This document shows, piece by piece, positions 9,648 through 18,838 of a stretch of 64,000 nt of DNA. The notes under the pieces are model-generated. The model saw nothing but the letters and a program-made list of their open reading frames with translations. It searched no databases and had not been told where the DNA came from. The position numbers and the translations under genes were made by a program. Source of the stretch: a virus (taxonomy: Duplodnaviria; Heunggongvirae; Uroviricota; Caudoviricetes); IMG/VR virus record IMGVR_UViG_3300017650_000009; one strand, given 5' to 3'. How positions within the stretch are numbered: the first letter of the stretch is position 1; every line of letters begins with the position of its first letter.

Positions 9648-10709
9648 ATGTCTACGTATTTGATTATCGATTTGAACAACATGGCTCACCGCTGTTTACA
9701 TGCGGGACAGGGCTCCATTGATATTAAAACGGGTATGGCTCTCCACATCACACTTAATGCGATTCGTCAGTGCTGGAAGAAATTCAAAGCTGATCATGTC
9801 GTATTTTGCCTAGAGGGCCGTTCTTGGCGTCATGATCATTATAGCGGTTACAAAGCACATCGCCGTGTTCAACAAAGTATTATGACGAAAAAGGAGCGTG
9901 AGGATAACGCATTGTTCTTCGGAGCATTCGATATCTTTATGGACTTTATCCGTGAGAAAACCAACGCAACCGTGTTGCAATGTGAATCTGCCGAAGCCGA
10001 TGATATGATTGCTCGTTGGATTCAGCTACATCCAGAAGATGACCATGTTATCGTTAGCTCGGACCGAGATTTCTTCCAATTGCTTTCGGACAGGGTTAAG
10101 CAGTATGACGGCATCCGTGGATGGACAATCTCAACCGATGGTTACTTTGATGATAAAGATCAACCTGTGGTTATTAAAAAGAACATAACAAAGGTTGATA
10201 AGGCTAGCGGAAAGAAAGTTAAGACTTCTACGACAGTTGCTCTCGAAGCTCCCGATCCAGAATATGAGCTTTTCATGAAGATTGTTCGTGGTGATTCCTC
10301 GGATAATATTATGAGTGCATATCCAGGTGTTCGTGAAAATGGGTCAGCAAAGAAGCCTGGCATTCGTGAGGCCTTTGAGGATCGTAAAGCACGGGGCTTC
10401 AATTGGAACAATTTTATGCTACAAGAGTGGGATAAACTTGTTGGTTCAGATGAAGATGGCAATGCTATTACTGAGCGTGTTCGAGTAATCGACCAATTCA
10501 ATGCCAATACTTTGCTTATTGATTTGACCAAACAACCTGATGATGTTAAGCATAAGATGGATCTTGCTATTGCAGATGCTGTCAGTAAACCAAAAGCTAC
10601 TATGGTTGGTATTTGGTTCCTTCGATTTACGGAGGAAATGAGTCTATTTAATATCGGAAAGAATCCGACTGATTACGCAAATATGCTTGCCGCGCCTTAT
10701 GCGCGGTGA
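9648..10709 (+). CDS. rnh: T4-type RNase H / 5'-3' flap exonuclease
   Basis: LIID, YKAHR, EADD, SSDRDF, RGDSSDNI motifs. Confidence 0.88.
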   Translation: MSTYLIIDLNNMAHRCLHAGQGSIDIKTGMALHITLNAIRQCWKKFKADHVVFCLEGRSWRHDHYSGYKAHRRVQQSIMTKKEREDNALFFGAFDIFMDFIREKTNATVLQCESAEADDMIARWIQLHPEDDHVIVSSDRDFFQLLSDRVKQYDGIRGWTISTDGYFDDKDQPVVIKKNITKVDKASGKKVKTSTTVALEAPDPEYELFMKIVRGDSSDNIMSAYPGVRENGSAKKPGIREAFEDRKARGFNWNNFMLQEWDKLVGSDEDGNAITERVRVIDQFNANTLLIDLTKQPDDVKHKMDLAIADAVSKPKATMVGIWFLRFTEEMSLFNIGKNPTDYANMLAAPYAR

Positions 10710-10754
10710 GTAGAACTTTTCCTGTTGACTAGCTACTAATTTATGTTAACACGG

Positions 10755-10852
10755 ACATAGTGCAACCACTAACGAGCGAGGGGCAATGCGTAGCTTGGGC
10801 GACAAACTACTCACTCTTTAAGTTTAAACCACTATGTGCAACAAAAGAGTGA
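10755..10852 (+). ncRNA. candidate structured 5' leader with SD-sequestering pairing
   Basis: ACATAGTG/CACTATGT 8 bp and TCACTCTTT/AAAGAGTGA 9 bp complementarities; TTGACT at 10725. Confidence 0.4.
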
Positions 10853-10858
10853 TCGAAA

Positions 10859-11302
10859 ATGAATTATCCAAAACCGAAATTTATCCGTTATCATTACGAA
10901 ATTGGATTCCCCACTCAAATCGGGGAAATGTGTTTGGAATTCTTTATGAATTTCAAGGAAGTCAATACAACGTTCCATAGCGCGAATCAGTTGATTGACG
11001 AGAAGAAGGGAGCAATTCCCTTACCGTGTAAGGAGGATGTTATGCATCCCTCGAATACACTGGTTGAAATTTATGAGCAGGTTGATGAAGCAGATCAACC
11101 CACACGAATCATCCAAAAGGTTCTCGTTCGCGTTCATCACCTTAGTGATCGACACGATTACACTTATGTCATTGCGCGTGATGGGTACATCATCAGCGCT
11201 TGGGCAAATGCTAAATCCGACATTCATCGGCTCAAGTCGAAGAGTGTTTATTTTTCAAACTTTCATAAGGAAGACATCGAGTATCCTGATGTTCTTCGGT
11301 AG
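10859..11302 (+). CDS. hypothetical protein
   Basis: 147-aa ORF, TAG stop. Confidence 0.65.
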   Translation: MNYPKPKFIRYHYEIGFPTQIGEMCLEFFMNFKEVNTTFHSANQLIDEKKGAIPLPCKEDVMHPSNTLVEIYEQVDEADQPTRIIQKVLVRVHHLSDRHDYTYVIARDGYIISAWANAKSDIHRLKSKSVYFSNFHKEDIEYPDVLR

Positions 11303-11308
11303 AATAAA

Positions 11309-11779
11309 ATGGCCAAAATACTTCAGCTAACGGAAAATTCTTGGATCTTTCGTGCAGGCGATGCAAATAGTGGGATACTGTTCAAGACTCTGGACGGTTA
11401 TATGTTCTTGGGTCCAAAGACCGTATCCAATTATGCCAGCTTGGATGATTTGAAGAAGAAATTCGGAAACATTAAGCTTGTCGAACGTGCACAAGAAATA
11501 AGCACCAACAACACGCTCAATGGTTATCCAGTCAAGCATAACGGCGATATCGAACAAGTCGAACACGACAAGTTTCCCGTTTACGTTAAAGCTGGTACAA
11601 AAACCGAATTCGTTGCTGGGTATTGGGGTCTACTGTTCCAGCAAGGCTGGACACAAGCATATTGCCCAAAGAAACAAACCATTGAATCCTACGAGAGTGT
11701 GGGTCCATTCAAGAATCGCTTGGAGATGATTAATCACCTAAGCACGTTAAACACTAACGCGAATCTGAATAAACTATGA
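11309..11779 (+). CDS. hypothetical phage protein
   Basis: 156-aa ORF, tight tiling. Confidence 0.7.
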   Translation: MAKILQLTENSWIFRAGDANSGILFKTLDGYMFLGPKTVSNYASLDDLKKKFGNIKLVERAQEISTNNTLNGYPVKHNGDIEQVEHDKFPVYVKAGTKTEFVAGYWGLLFQQGWTQAYCPKKQTIESYESVGPFKNRLEMINHLSTLNTNANLNKL

Positions 11780-12012
11780 GCGCTGACAGTCCAATTACAA
11801 AATTTGCCCAACGTGTCCGAGCCGCTAGCAATCGCGGCTCTAAGGATGTTGTACTGACCCTAGCAGAGGCAATCGAGCTATCGACTTCGCTAGTTGCGTT
11901 ACAGGCAAAGGAAAATAAGCTGCTCGAGGATATTGTAGAGCTTCAGCGTCGTGCTCTTGATGGACCCACACAGATTGAAATGGATGGAGGATCATTTGGT
12001 CCTAAGGATTGA
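11776..12012 (+). CDS. hypothetical coiled-coil protein
   Basis: ATGA overlap; heptad-like segment. Confidence 0.65.
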   Translation: MSADSPITKFAQRVRAASNRGSKDVVLTLAEAIELSTSLVALQAKENKLLEDIVELQRRALDGPTQIEMDGGSFGPKD

Positions 12013-12937
12013 TATTTGCAGTGATCTACATGTGGACCGCAATAATCAGAAAACATCTTTGCTTGTTCAGCCAGGAACCGGGCCAACACATTGGCCAGCA
12101 GGGCAAGTAGGCAATCGTGATGCCTTTTTTGCTTTTGATTTTGAATGGTATCGTAATCCGGGATCATCCATTTGTATTATTGCCGGTGATGTTTCCGATT
12201 CACTAAACGAAACCATTGATGTAATTGAACATGCTGCAAAGTTCTACGAACATGTGGTATTCGTCGACGGTAATCATGAGCATTACAATGCCGATTATCG
12301 ATTAAATATGATTCTGTTTCCAGATGATTTTCATGACAAACTAAATGTTTTGGATACAATGTATGAGCTACGGGCGCATTTCGCCAATAGCCCAAATATT
12401 CACTATTTAGATGGTCTAACTGATGTATCGTGGCGGCACGGCGACACTTTGTTCATCGGAGCAAATTGTTGGTATGATTGGCTCGCACATGAGCCGCGCG
12501 GAATAGCAAAGCAAACGGCATTCTGGGAATGGCATATATCCTCGCATGATCGTACTTTGGATTTTGATGAATTTGGACTTCCCGATGCATTGGGTTTAGT
12601 TCAGCTCACTAATATGCATTCGGCGTTTGAGGAAGCAAATAATAATCCAGCAATCAAGCATGTGGTTGTTGTTACTCATACCGCACCTTCTCAACAATTT
12701 ACAAAATGGGAAGGTAATCAGTCAAGATGGGACAAATTGACTCCATCATATGTGAATACTGGTGCGCAAAGCATTATTAATGCAAATACCAAAGATAAGT
12801 TGAAACTTTGGGCGTTTGGTCATACACATAATAGAGTGCGTGTGGATTATGATGGCACGATATATGTGAATAACGGCTATGGTATTCCACATAATAGTTT
12901 GGGCACTTTTCAAATGGAAACGGTGGAGATAAAATGA
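11984..12937 (+). CDS. calcineurin-like metallophosphoesterase
   Basis: SDLH, AGD, GNHE, THTAP, GHTH motifs; start ATG 11984 or TTG 11996. Confidence 0.88.
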   Translation: MEDHLVLRIDICSDLHVDRNNQKTSLLVQPGTGPTHWPAGQVGNRDAFFAFDFEWYRNPGSSICIIAGDVSDSLNETIDVIEHAAKFYEHVVFVDGNHEHYNADYRLNMILFPDDFHDKLNVLDTMYELRAHFANSPNIHYLDGLTDVSWRHGDTLFIGANCWYDWLAHEPRGIAKQTAFWEWHISSHDRTLDFDEFGLPDALGLVQLTNMHSAFEEANNNPAIKHVVVVTHTAPSQQFTKWEGNQSRWDKLTPSYVNTGAQSIINANTKDKLKLWAFGHTHNRVRVDYDGTIYVNNGYGIPHNSLGTFQMETVEIK

Positions 12938-13000
12938 TTTCTTTTATTCCGATCATGTAAAGCCCTGGCACGGTGCTGGGCCCAACATGTGGAGGTTAAC

Positions 13001-13312
13001 ATGCAAAGAGATAAAGTATACCGACGTTATCAACGCGAACGTAAAATCAACAATGTTCGCAAATGGATGGAAGCTCATTGGCATTATGGTTTCGCACATT
13101 ATGAACCAGAAGCCAGACGTGCACATTTACATGAACAAGCGTTAAGACGTCATGCTGCACCGAAGATGTGTAGCCGGTGGTGCTGTGGCAATCCACGTAA
13201 ACATTTCGGTTCCGAAACAATACAAGAGTACCGCAATAAAATTGCGTGTAACGAAGTTTTTGATGAAGAAAATATAAGATCTAAAATTCATATTCGTAAA
13301 AGGAGATACTAA
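13001..13312 (+). CDS. basic hypothetical protein with CSxWCCGNPR motif
   Basis: GGAGG SD; CSRWCCGNPRK...TIQE. Confidence 0.65.
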   Translation: MQRDKVYRRYQRERKINNVRKWMEAHWHYGFAHYEPEARRAHLHEQALRRHAAPKMCSRWCCGNPRKHFGSETIQEYRNKIACNEVFDEENIRSKIHIRKRRY

Positions 13313-13569
13313 TGAGTGAAGTTGAAGTATTCGTACGTCCTGGATGCCCTTGGTGTGATAAGGCTGTGAATTGGTTCACCCAGTATAAGGTCGAACACAA
13401 GTTGGTTCGTTTTACCAACATCGAAGATAAGATGGCATTCTATCAGAAACATGCGGCTGACGGTGTTCGCACTTTACCACAGATTTTCATCGATGGTGTT
13501 CGTATCGGTGGTTGGTCGGATTTTGTAACAACTCAGTACAAGGCCGATATCGAAAAGGCTGCGGAATGA
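13312..13569 (+). CDS. glutaredoxin
   Basis: CPWC, TLPQIFIDG, IGG. Confidence 0.92.
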   Translation: MSEVEVFVRPGCPWCDKAVNWFTQYKVEHKLVRFTNIEDKMAFYQKHAADGVRTLPQIFIDGVRIGGWSDFVTTQYKADIEKAAE

Positions 13570-13793
13570 AGAATCGCGAGCTAATTGAGCATTTGCAGAA
13601 GCTTGATCCAGAAATGGTCGTATATACGGCAATCGATGCCGAGGGCAACGGTTACAACGAGGTTTATTTTGAACCCACTGTAATGGTCGCAGTTAAGACC
13701 AATCATGGCGTTGAAATCATGAATGACGATGAAGATGAACTCGATGATTCGGGTTACGATGAAAGTGATTTTCAACGTGTAATTGTTATCTAA
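13566..13793 (+). CDS. hypothetical acidic protein
   Basis: ATGA overlap; DAEGNGY motif. Confidence 0.65.
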   Translation: MKNRELIEHLQKLDPEMVVYTAIDAEGNGYNEVYFEPTVMVAVKTNHGVEIMNDDEDELDDSGYDESDFQRVIVI

Positions 13794-13895
13794 TAGTGAG
13801 AAGCGCGGCTCCCATGCTGCGCTCTTACCATGAGTAAAACGCGCTTACATAATAAATAATGATAATGCAATATTTTAAATTTGTGAGTGCAAATC

Positions 13896-14186
13896 ATGTC
13901 TCGTCCCAAGCCTACAGTCCTTTTGGACTATACAGACCCAAAGACCTATAAGAGCGAGCAAGTTCTTGCCGCTGATGCAATCTATGCTGTCTTTTATGAT
14001 GGCAAGCCAATCAACCTGCGCTCCCTAAATAGTTTGATTAATTATCCTGGCCCAAAGTACAAGAAATGTTCTTTTGGCAATAAGGGTCATGCTTTCAACT
14101 TGGCTGAAAAGCTTAACAAGCTTTTCAAAACAGACAAGTTCAAGGTTTTCAAACTAACACAGGGAATTGAAATCTCTGAAAAATAA
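13896..14186 (+). CDS. hypothetical phage protein
   Basis: MSRPKPTVLL...PKYKK; preceded by TAAATA 13853-13858. Confidence 0.75.
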   Translation: MSRPKPTVLLDYTDPKTYKSEQVLAADAIYAVFYDGKPINLRSLNSLINYPGPKYKKCSFGNKGHAFNLAEKLNKLFKTDKFKVFKLTQGIEISEK

Positions 14187-14572
14187 TGAGTACACATCTT
14201 CGAATAATTCAAGCTCTTAAACAGGCATATAAAAGGGAACCTAACCCAATATGCTCGGAGCTTGAAATCGACGAAGATGAAACTCTGATTCGCCGCTTCT
14301 TCCTAAATTATCGTGGCGGAGACCCCGAGCACTCCCGTGGCCTTCGACTTACCGATATTGGTCTCCTTAATATGCAATGCTATTTCAAAGCGCATAAAGT
14401 TGAGCTACCTGGTGACTATAAAGCAAAAACCCAACACATCCTCTACTTGGATCGTAAGTGCCGCATGCCGTGGCACCTACGTGGGAATTTTATTGTGTTC
14501 TTCGAAGCAGAGTTAGCATTTCGCTGTAAGCTAGTTGGAGACATAGAACTTCTGGTACATTCCTTCCCTTGA
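14186..14572 (+). CDS. hypothetical protein
   Basis: TAATG overlap; GLRLT motif. Confidence 0.65.
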   Translation: MSTHLRIIQALKQAYKREPNPICSELEIDEDETLIRRFFLNYRGGDPEHSRGLRLTDIGLLNMQCYFKAHKVELPGDYKAKTQHILYLDRKCRMPWHLRGNFIVFFEAELAFRCKLVGDIELLVHSFP

Positions 14573-14619
14573 GTATCCCACTTTATTAAATTTTTATTCC
14601 ACAAAAGTGATTTTTCTTG

Positions 14620-14790
14620 TTGACTAGTCTGCGTGTTTATAGCATATGTGGTGCAGCTTTAGCAGAACAAGTTGTTTTGTTAACACACAAATTAGCGCTA
14701 GTGAAAAAAGTTCAACAATTCGGTTGACACAAAAATTACTGGTGCTAGTAAGAGGCACAAGTTGGTAGCGCAAGGGCGTTGCTAGTTTGT
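14620..14790 (+). promoter_or_regulatory. tandem promoters, each followed by a GU-rich leader hairpin
   Basis: TTGACT 14620 and TTGACA 14724; stems 14659-14683 and 14757-14790. Confidence 0.5.
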
Positions 14791-14825
14791 AATAGACGTT
14801 AGGCATTCAAAGGAGAAAGACATCT

Positions 14826-16040
14826 ATGTCTAAGGGTAAGAACACGACTTCCAAGATGGACACGACGAAGCTGAAGCCATCGGAAGCTTCGGTTGCTATT
14901 AAGCACATGATTCAGGTCAACATCGAAAATGCCAAGGCCGGCAAAGACCGTCGCGGTCTCTTCCTCTGGGGTCCTCCAGGTATTGCAAAGTCGTCGATCA
15001 TTCGACAGATTGCAAAGTCTCTTAACTACAAGCTCATCGACATTCGTCTCACGCAGATGGAACCGACTGACCTTCGCGGCATTCCCGTGCCGATCAAGCA
15101 GGAAGACGGCGAAGTGGTCGTTAACTGGGCTATCCCTGCAATGCTTCCACGCCGTGATCCAGGTCTCAAGACCGGCACAATCCTCAAGGATGTTCGTGAA
15201 CGTCGCGACGAAAACGATCTGCATTATGATGGTGCAATCATCCTTCTGGACGAACTTCCAAACGCTGCTCCTTCGGTTCAGGCCGGTTCTTACCAGCTCG
15301 TCCTCGACGGCGCCCTCGGTGAATATGTTGCACCGTCCAACGTTGTGATCATGGCTGCGGGTAACCGCGAGACGGACAAGGGCTCGACCTTCAAGATGCC
15401 GACTCCGCTTATGAATCGCTTCACGCATATTGAAGTTGAGCCAAACTTCGAAGATTGGCAGACGTATGCGCTTACGGCGAACTTCAACAAGGACGTCATC
15501 GGCTACCTCACTGCATTCAAGCACGAACTGTTCGACTTCGATCCTGCAAGCGCATCGCGTGGCTTTGCTACTCCGCGTTCCTGGGAAGCTGTTTCGGATA
15601 TCATCCGTGATGGTGCACAGTTGCCGGAAATGGTCAAGATGTCGCTCATCGGCGGCGCAATCGGCGACGGCATTGCGGTCAAGTTCCTGAGCTATCAGAA
15701 GCTTGCAAGCCAGCTGCCAAATCCATCGGATATTCTCGATGGCAAGGTAACCACGCTTAACAGCAAGGATATCTCGCTTATGTACGCTCTGACCACGGCA
15801 ATGTGCTATGAGCTGCGCGACCGCTTCGATGAAACGAAGCAGGACAAGACCAAGAAGAAGGCTTTCGATTCGTCCTTCGATAACTTCCTGGGCTTTATGA
15901 TGGATCAGTTCCAGCCGGAAATCGTGATCATGGGAGCACGTACGGCACTTTCGGTCTTCAAGCTCAAGCTGGACCCATCGTCCATGAAGAACTTTGAAAA
16001 GTTCGCTGATACATATCAGGATCTCATCCTCGGTGCCTAA
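14826..16040 (+). CDS. MoxR-family AAA+ ATPase
   Basis: GPPGIAKS Walker A, DLRGIP, IILLDE Walker B, AAGN, NRF, TPRSW; AAGGAG SD. Confidence 0.9.
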   Translation: MSKGKNTTSKMDTTKLKPSEASVAIKHMIQVNIENAKAGKDRRGLFLWGPPGIAKSSIIRQIAKSLNYKLIDIRLTQMEPTDLRGIPVPIKQEDGEVVVNWAIPAMLPRRDPGLKTGTILKDVRERRDENDLHYDGAIILLDELPNAAPSVQAGSYQLVLDGALGEYVAPSNVVIMAAGNRETDKGSTFKMPTPLMNRFTHIEVEPNFEDWQTYALTANFNKDVIGYLTAFKHELFDFDPASASRGFATPRSWEAVSDIIRDGAQLPEMVKMSLIGGAIGDGIAVKFLSYQKLASQLPNPSDILDGKVTTLNSKDISLMYALTTAMCYELRDRFDETKQDKTKKKAFDSSFDNFLGFMMDQFQPEIVIMGARTALSVFKLKLDPSSMKNFEKFADTYQDLILGA

Positions 16041-16060
16041 CGTCGGAATGAGGTAATGCG

Positions 16061-16090
16061 AAGGGCGGAGTAAAATCCGCCCTTTTTTCT
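16061..16090 (+). terminator. rho-independent terminator
   Basis: AAGGGCGGA-gtaaaa-TCCGCCCTT plus T run. Confidence 0.85.
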
Positions 16091-16122
16091 TAAAGTTGGG
16101 CACAAAAATTCCGCTTTACTAG

Positions 16123-16150
16123 TTGACACTGGACAGTCCATTGCTATACT
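16123..16150 (+). promoter_or_regulatory. sigma70-like promoter
   Basis: TTGACA-N16-TATACT. Confidence 0.7.
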
Positions 16151-16196
16151 AGTGAGTATCCGTCCAACAAGGATCGGACACGTTAAGGAGAAGTTA

Positions 16197-17462
16197 ATGG
16201 TTAGTATCAATGATCCGATTGTAAAGGCAATCACGACCGCTCGCGTCGGCTTGCTATTCAATTCGCCGTTTTTCGGCAATCTCGCAACGCGAATGCAGCT
16301 GGTCGATGCCAGCAAGTGGTGCAAAACGGCCGCAACGGATGGCCGGCATTTCTACTACAATCGCGAATTCATCAAGTCGCTTACGCAGAACGAACTGACA
16401 TTCTTGCTCGGTCATGAAGTCCTGCATTGCGTTTATGACCATCTTGGTCGTAAGGGTGGCCGCGATAAGAAGCTTTGGAACATGGCGAACGACTATATCG
16501 TCAACTATACGCTGGTCAAGGAAAAGCTCGGCGACATGCCGAAGGGTGGCTTGTTCGATGAAAAGTACAACGACTCGATGACGTCGGAAGAAATTTATCG
16601 TATGCTGGAACAGAACAGCACCAAGATCCAGATGACGCTGGACGAACACCTGGACCTCGACGGTTCGGATGGTAACGGCGATAGCGACGGCAACGGTTCA
16701 GGCAAGACCGTAACGGTTACTGTTATGGGTGACGAAAACGGTCCTCCGCAGCTTACTGAAGAAGATAAGCAGCAGATTCGCAACGAACTGAAGGCAGCGG
16801 TTATCTCCGCGGCACAGGCTTCTCCAGCAGGCAAGGTCCCGGCTGGTGTGCGTCGAATGATTGACGAGTTCACAACTCCGATCATGGATTGGCGCGCAAT
16901 GCTCGAAGCACATATTCAGTCCAGCATCAAGGACGACTTCACGTTCAATCGTCCATCGCGTCGTAGCTGGTCGCCAGATGGTGAAACCCTCGCAAGCGTT
17001 ATTATGCCGGGTCAGAACTTCAAGGACACGGTTTCGGTTGCAATTTCCATCGATACGTCTGGCTCGATGACTGACGAAATGCTGCGCGACTTCCTGTCGG
17101 AAGTTAAGGGCATTATGGATACGTTCGATGATTTCGAGCTGTGGCTGTGGACGTTCGATACGCGGGTTTATAACCCGAAGAAGTTTACGCCAAACAACTT
17201 GGACGAGATTTACTCGTATGATCCAAAGGGCGGCGGCGGCACCCTGTTCGAGTGCAACTGGGAGTTCATGCGTGAACCACTTAGTGTGGATCCGGAAATC
17301 GAAGTTGATGAGCTTATCCCGAACAAGTTCGTTATGTTTACGGACGGTTATCCTGGCGGTAGCTGGGGTGAAGAAGAATGGTGCGACACGTTGTTCATCA
17401 TTCACGGTAACACTGAAATCGTGTCTCCGTTCGGTATGACTGCATATTACCAGAAGTCCTAA
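16197..17462 (+). CDS. metallopeptidase (HExxH) plus vWA domain protein, DUF2201-like MoxR partner
   Basis: TAATDG, GHEVLH, WNMANDY, SIDTSGSM MIDAS, GGGGT, FTDG. Confidence 0.88.
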   Translation: MVSINDPIVKAITTARVGLLFNSPFFGNLATRMQLVDASKWCKTAATDGRHFYYNREFIKSLTQNELTFLLGHEVLHCVYDHLGRKGGRDKKLWNMANDYIVNYTLVKEKLGDMPKGGLFDEKYNDSMTSEEIYRMLEQNSTKIQMTLDEHLDLDGSDGNGDSDGNGSGKTVTVTVMGDENGPPQLTEEDKQQIRNELKAAVISAAQASPAGKVPAGVRRMIDEFTTPIMDWRAMLEAHIQSSIKDDFTFNRPSRRSWSPDGETLASVIMPGQNFKDTVSVAISIDTSGSMTDEMLRDFLSEVKGIMDTFDDFELWLWTFDTRVYNPKKFTPNNLDEIYSYDPKGGGGTLFECNWEFMREPLSVDPEIEVDELIPNKFVMFTDGYPGGSWGEEEWCDTLFIIHGNTEIVSPFGMTAYYQKS

Positions 17463-17484
17463 CTTCTCCGCTGGTAATATACAA

Positions 17485-17514
17485 ACTGGCCGCCTAGTGC
17501 GGCCAGTTCCATTT
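17485..17514 (+). terminator. terminator hairpin
   Basis: ACTGGCCGC-ctagt-GCGGCCAGT. Confidence 0.65.
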
Positions 17515-17615
17515 GTCCTCACGTAAGGACGATATGTCTTTGGTCCCCCATGATAGTGTTATTTTAAATTGACACCCAGTTACCCACGAAGCTAGATTGG
17601 GGTTAGAGGTGTTTA

Positions 17616-17930
17616 ATGCTTAATAAAGAAATCAAATTTACGGGTCTTCCAGCTATGAGTGTAAGCAAGCTTGGTACTGCAAACGCAGGAATCACACAAA
17701 CAATTACACCGGAATGGGCACGGTTGGAATTCCAAGTGGACACAAGCCGAACAACTTTGGATAAAGTAAACGCTTGGCTCCGTCAGGAAACCACAAAGAT
17801 GTGGTCCATATATAAGTATCATGATCCTGCCAATCACAGCAAATACAATGTCGTAATTCGTTTTGAAGAGAAAAACGACGCTGTTCTATTCAAGCTATCC
17901 GGCGTGTATGATACACCAAATGACAATTAA
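17616..17930 (+). CDS. hypothetical protein, F-x4-DA-x2-FKL family
   Basis: IRFEEKNDAVLFKL; promoter TTGACA-N18-TAGATT 17569-17598; GAGGT SD. Confidence 0.7.
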   Translation: MLNKEIKFTGLPAMSVSKLGTANAGITQTITPEWARLEFQVDTSRTTLDKVNAWLRQETTKMWSIYKYHDPANHSKYNVVIRFEEKNDAVLFKLSGVYDTPNDN

Positions 17931-18393
17931 GTATCGAATTTCATCCAGTCTCGTCGACTGCTACCGAGCGTTAAGCCTAACACGTGGCATTGATCAATAT
18001 TATCCAGATTTCGAGGAATGGTATTGGAACAAGGTAGTACCTAATGTAAGCCTCGGAGAATCAGCACTTATTCTTGCTGAGTATCAAGATGAGCTAGTGG
18101 GCGTCTCGATGGTCAAATCGGGCGACGAACCAAAGATTCGTTGTTTGCGTGTTCATCAAACCTATGCAGGTCGAGGCATCGGAATACATTTGATTGATCA
18201 GAGTCTTCAATATCTAGATCATGATTCTCCAGCAGTTACGGTACCCGAGGAAAAGATTCATGATCTTTCTCGTATCCTCGTTAACCGATTTGATTTCAAC
18301 TTGTCCTATGTCGATCGTGGGGTTTATCGCCCCGGAAAGCTAGAATATCAATTCAACACACAAGCCGATATGCGTTTAAAAACAACATACTAG
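17920..18393 (+). CDS. GNAT-family acetyltransferase
   Basis: LRVHQTYAGRGIG acetyl-CoA motif A. Confidence 0.8.
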   Translation: MTIKYRISSSLVDCYRALSLTRGIDQYYPDFEEWYWNKVVPNVSLGESALILAEYQDELVGVSMVKSGDEPKIRCLRVHQTYAGRGIGIHLIDQSLQYLDHDSPAVTVPEEKIHDLSRILVNRFDFNLSYVDRGVYRPGKLEYQFNTQADMRLKTTY

Positions 18394-18483
18394 CTTCACA
18401 TAAATAGTTGACAATGTAACGGATTCGCGTATGCTTGTTATGTGCTAGGCATTCCGTTAACCCCATGTAGATGGAGGTCAACT

Positions 18484-18756
18484 ATGGAAGCCATTGAACT
18501 CGCCAGACCAACCCCAAATAGGGAGGGTTTTAGAGTCGACCTTGACACAGGGACTGAGAATCCAAACAGGTTAAATCTGTTTGAATCTTGGATAACATTA
18601 TGGTGTCAAAGAAACTGCTCCGGTGAATGGAGCGTCGAGCAGATCGAAGATCGCACAAAGAAGTATCAATTTGTTTTGTGCTTTTCTGACTCGAAGGAGG
18701 CAGTCCATTTTAAACTGGTAGCACCTCGACTTCACGTAAAAGAAGCAACTCACTAA
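18484..18756 (+). CDS. hypothetical protein, F-x4-DA-x2-FKL family
   Basis: WCQRNCSGEW...FSDSKEAVHFKL; GGAGG SD. Confidence 0.7.
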   Translation: MEAIELARPTPNREGFRVDLDTGTENPNRLNLFESWITLWCQRNCSGEWSVEQIEDRTKKYQFVLCFSDSKEAVHFKLVAPRLHVKEATH

Positions 18757-18759
18757 CAA

Positions 18760-18806
18760 AAAAGCTGGAGTTACTAGTTGACTCCAGCTTTCCTATCTGT
18801 TATGGT
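18760..18806 (+). promoter_or_regulatory. inverted repeat overlapping a sigma70-like promoter
   Basis: AAAGCTGGAGT...ACTCCAGCTTT; TTGACT-N17-TATGGT 18778-18806. Confidence 0.65.
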
Positions 18807-18838
18807 TCGACAAAGGATCGAACATAAGGTAGGAAAAA

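Noticed and set aside
14799-17522. Long antisense ORFs (434, 131, 274 aa) opposite MoxR/vWA
   Set aside because: Shadow frames from GC-rich codon bias; no motifs, and the sense genes are clear
18440-18460. Third amber minigene ATG TGC TAG
   Set aside because: Out of frame with the downstream gene, different stop context, TAA three codons later
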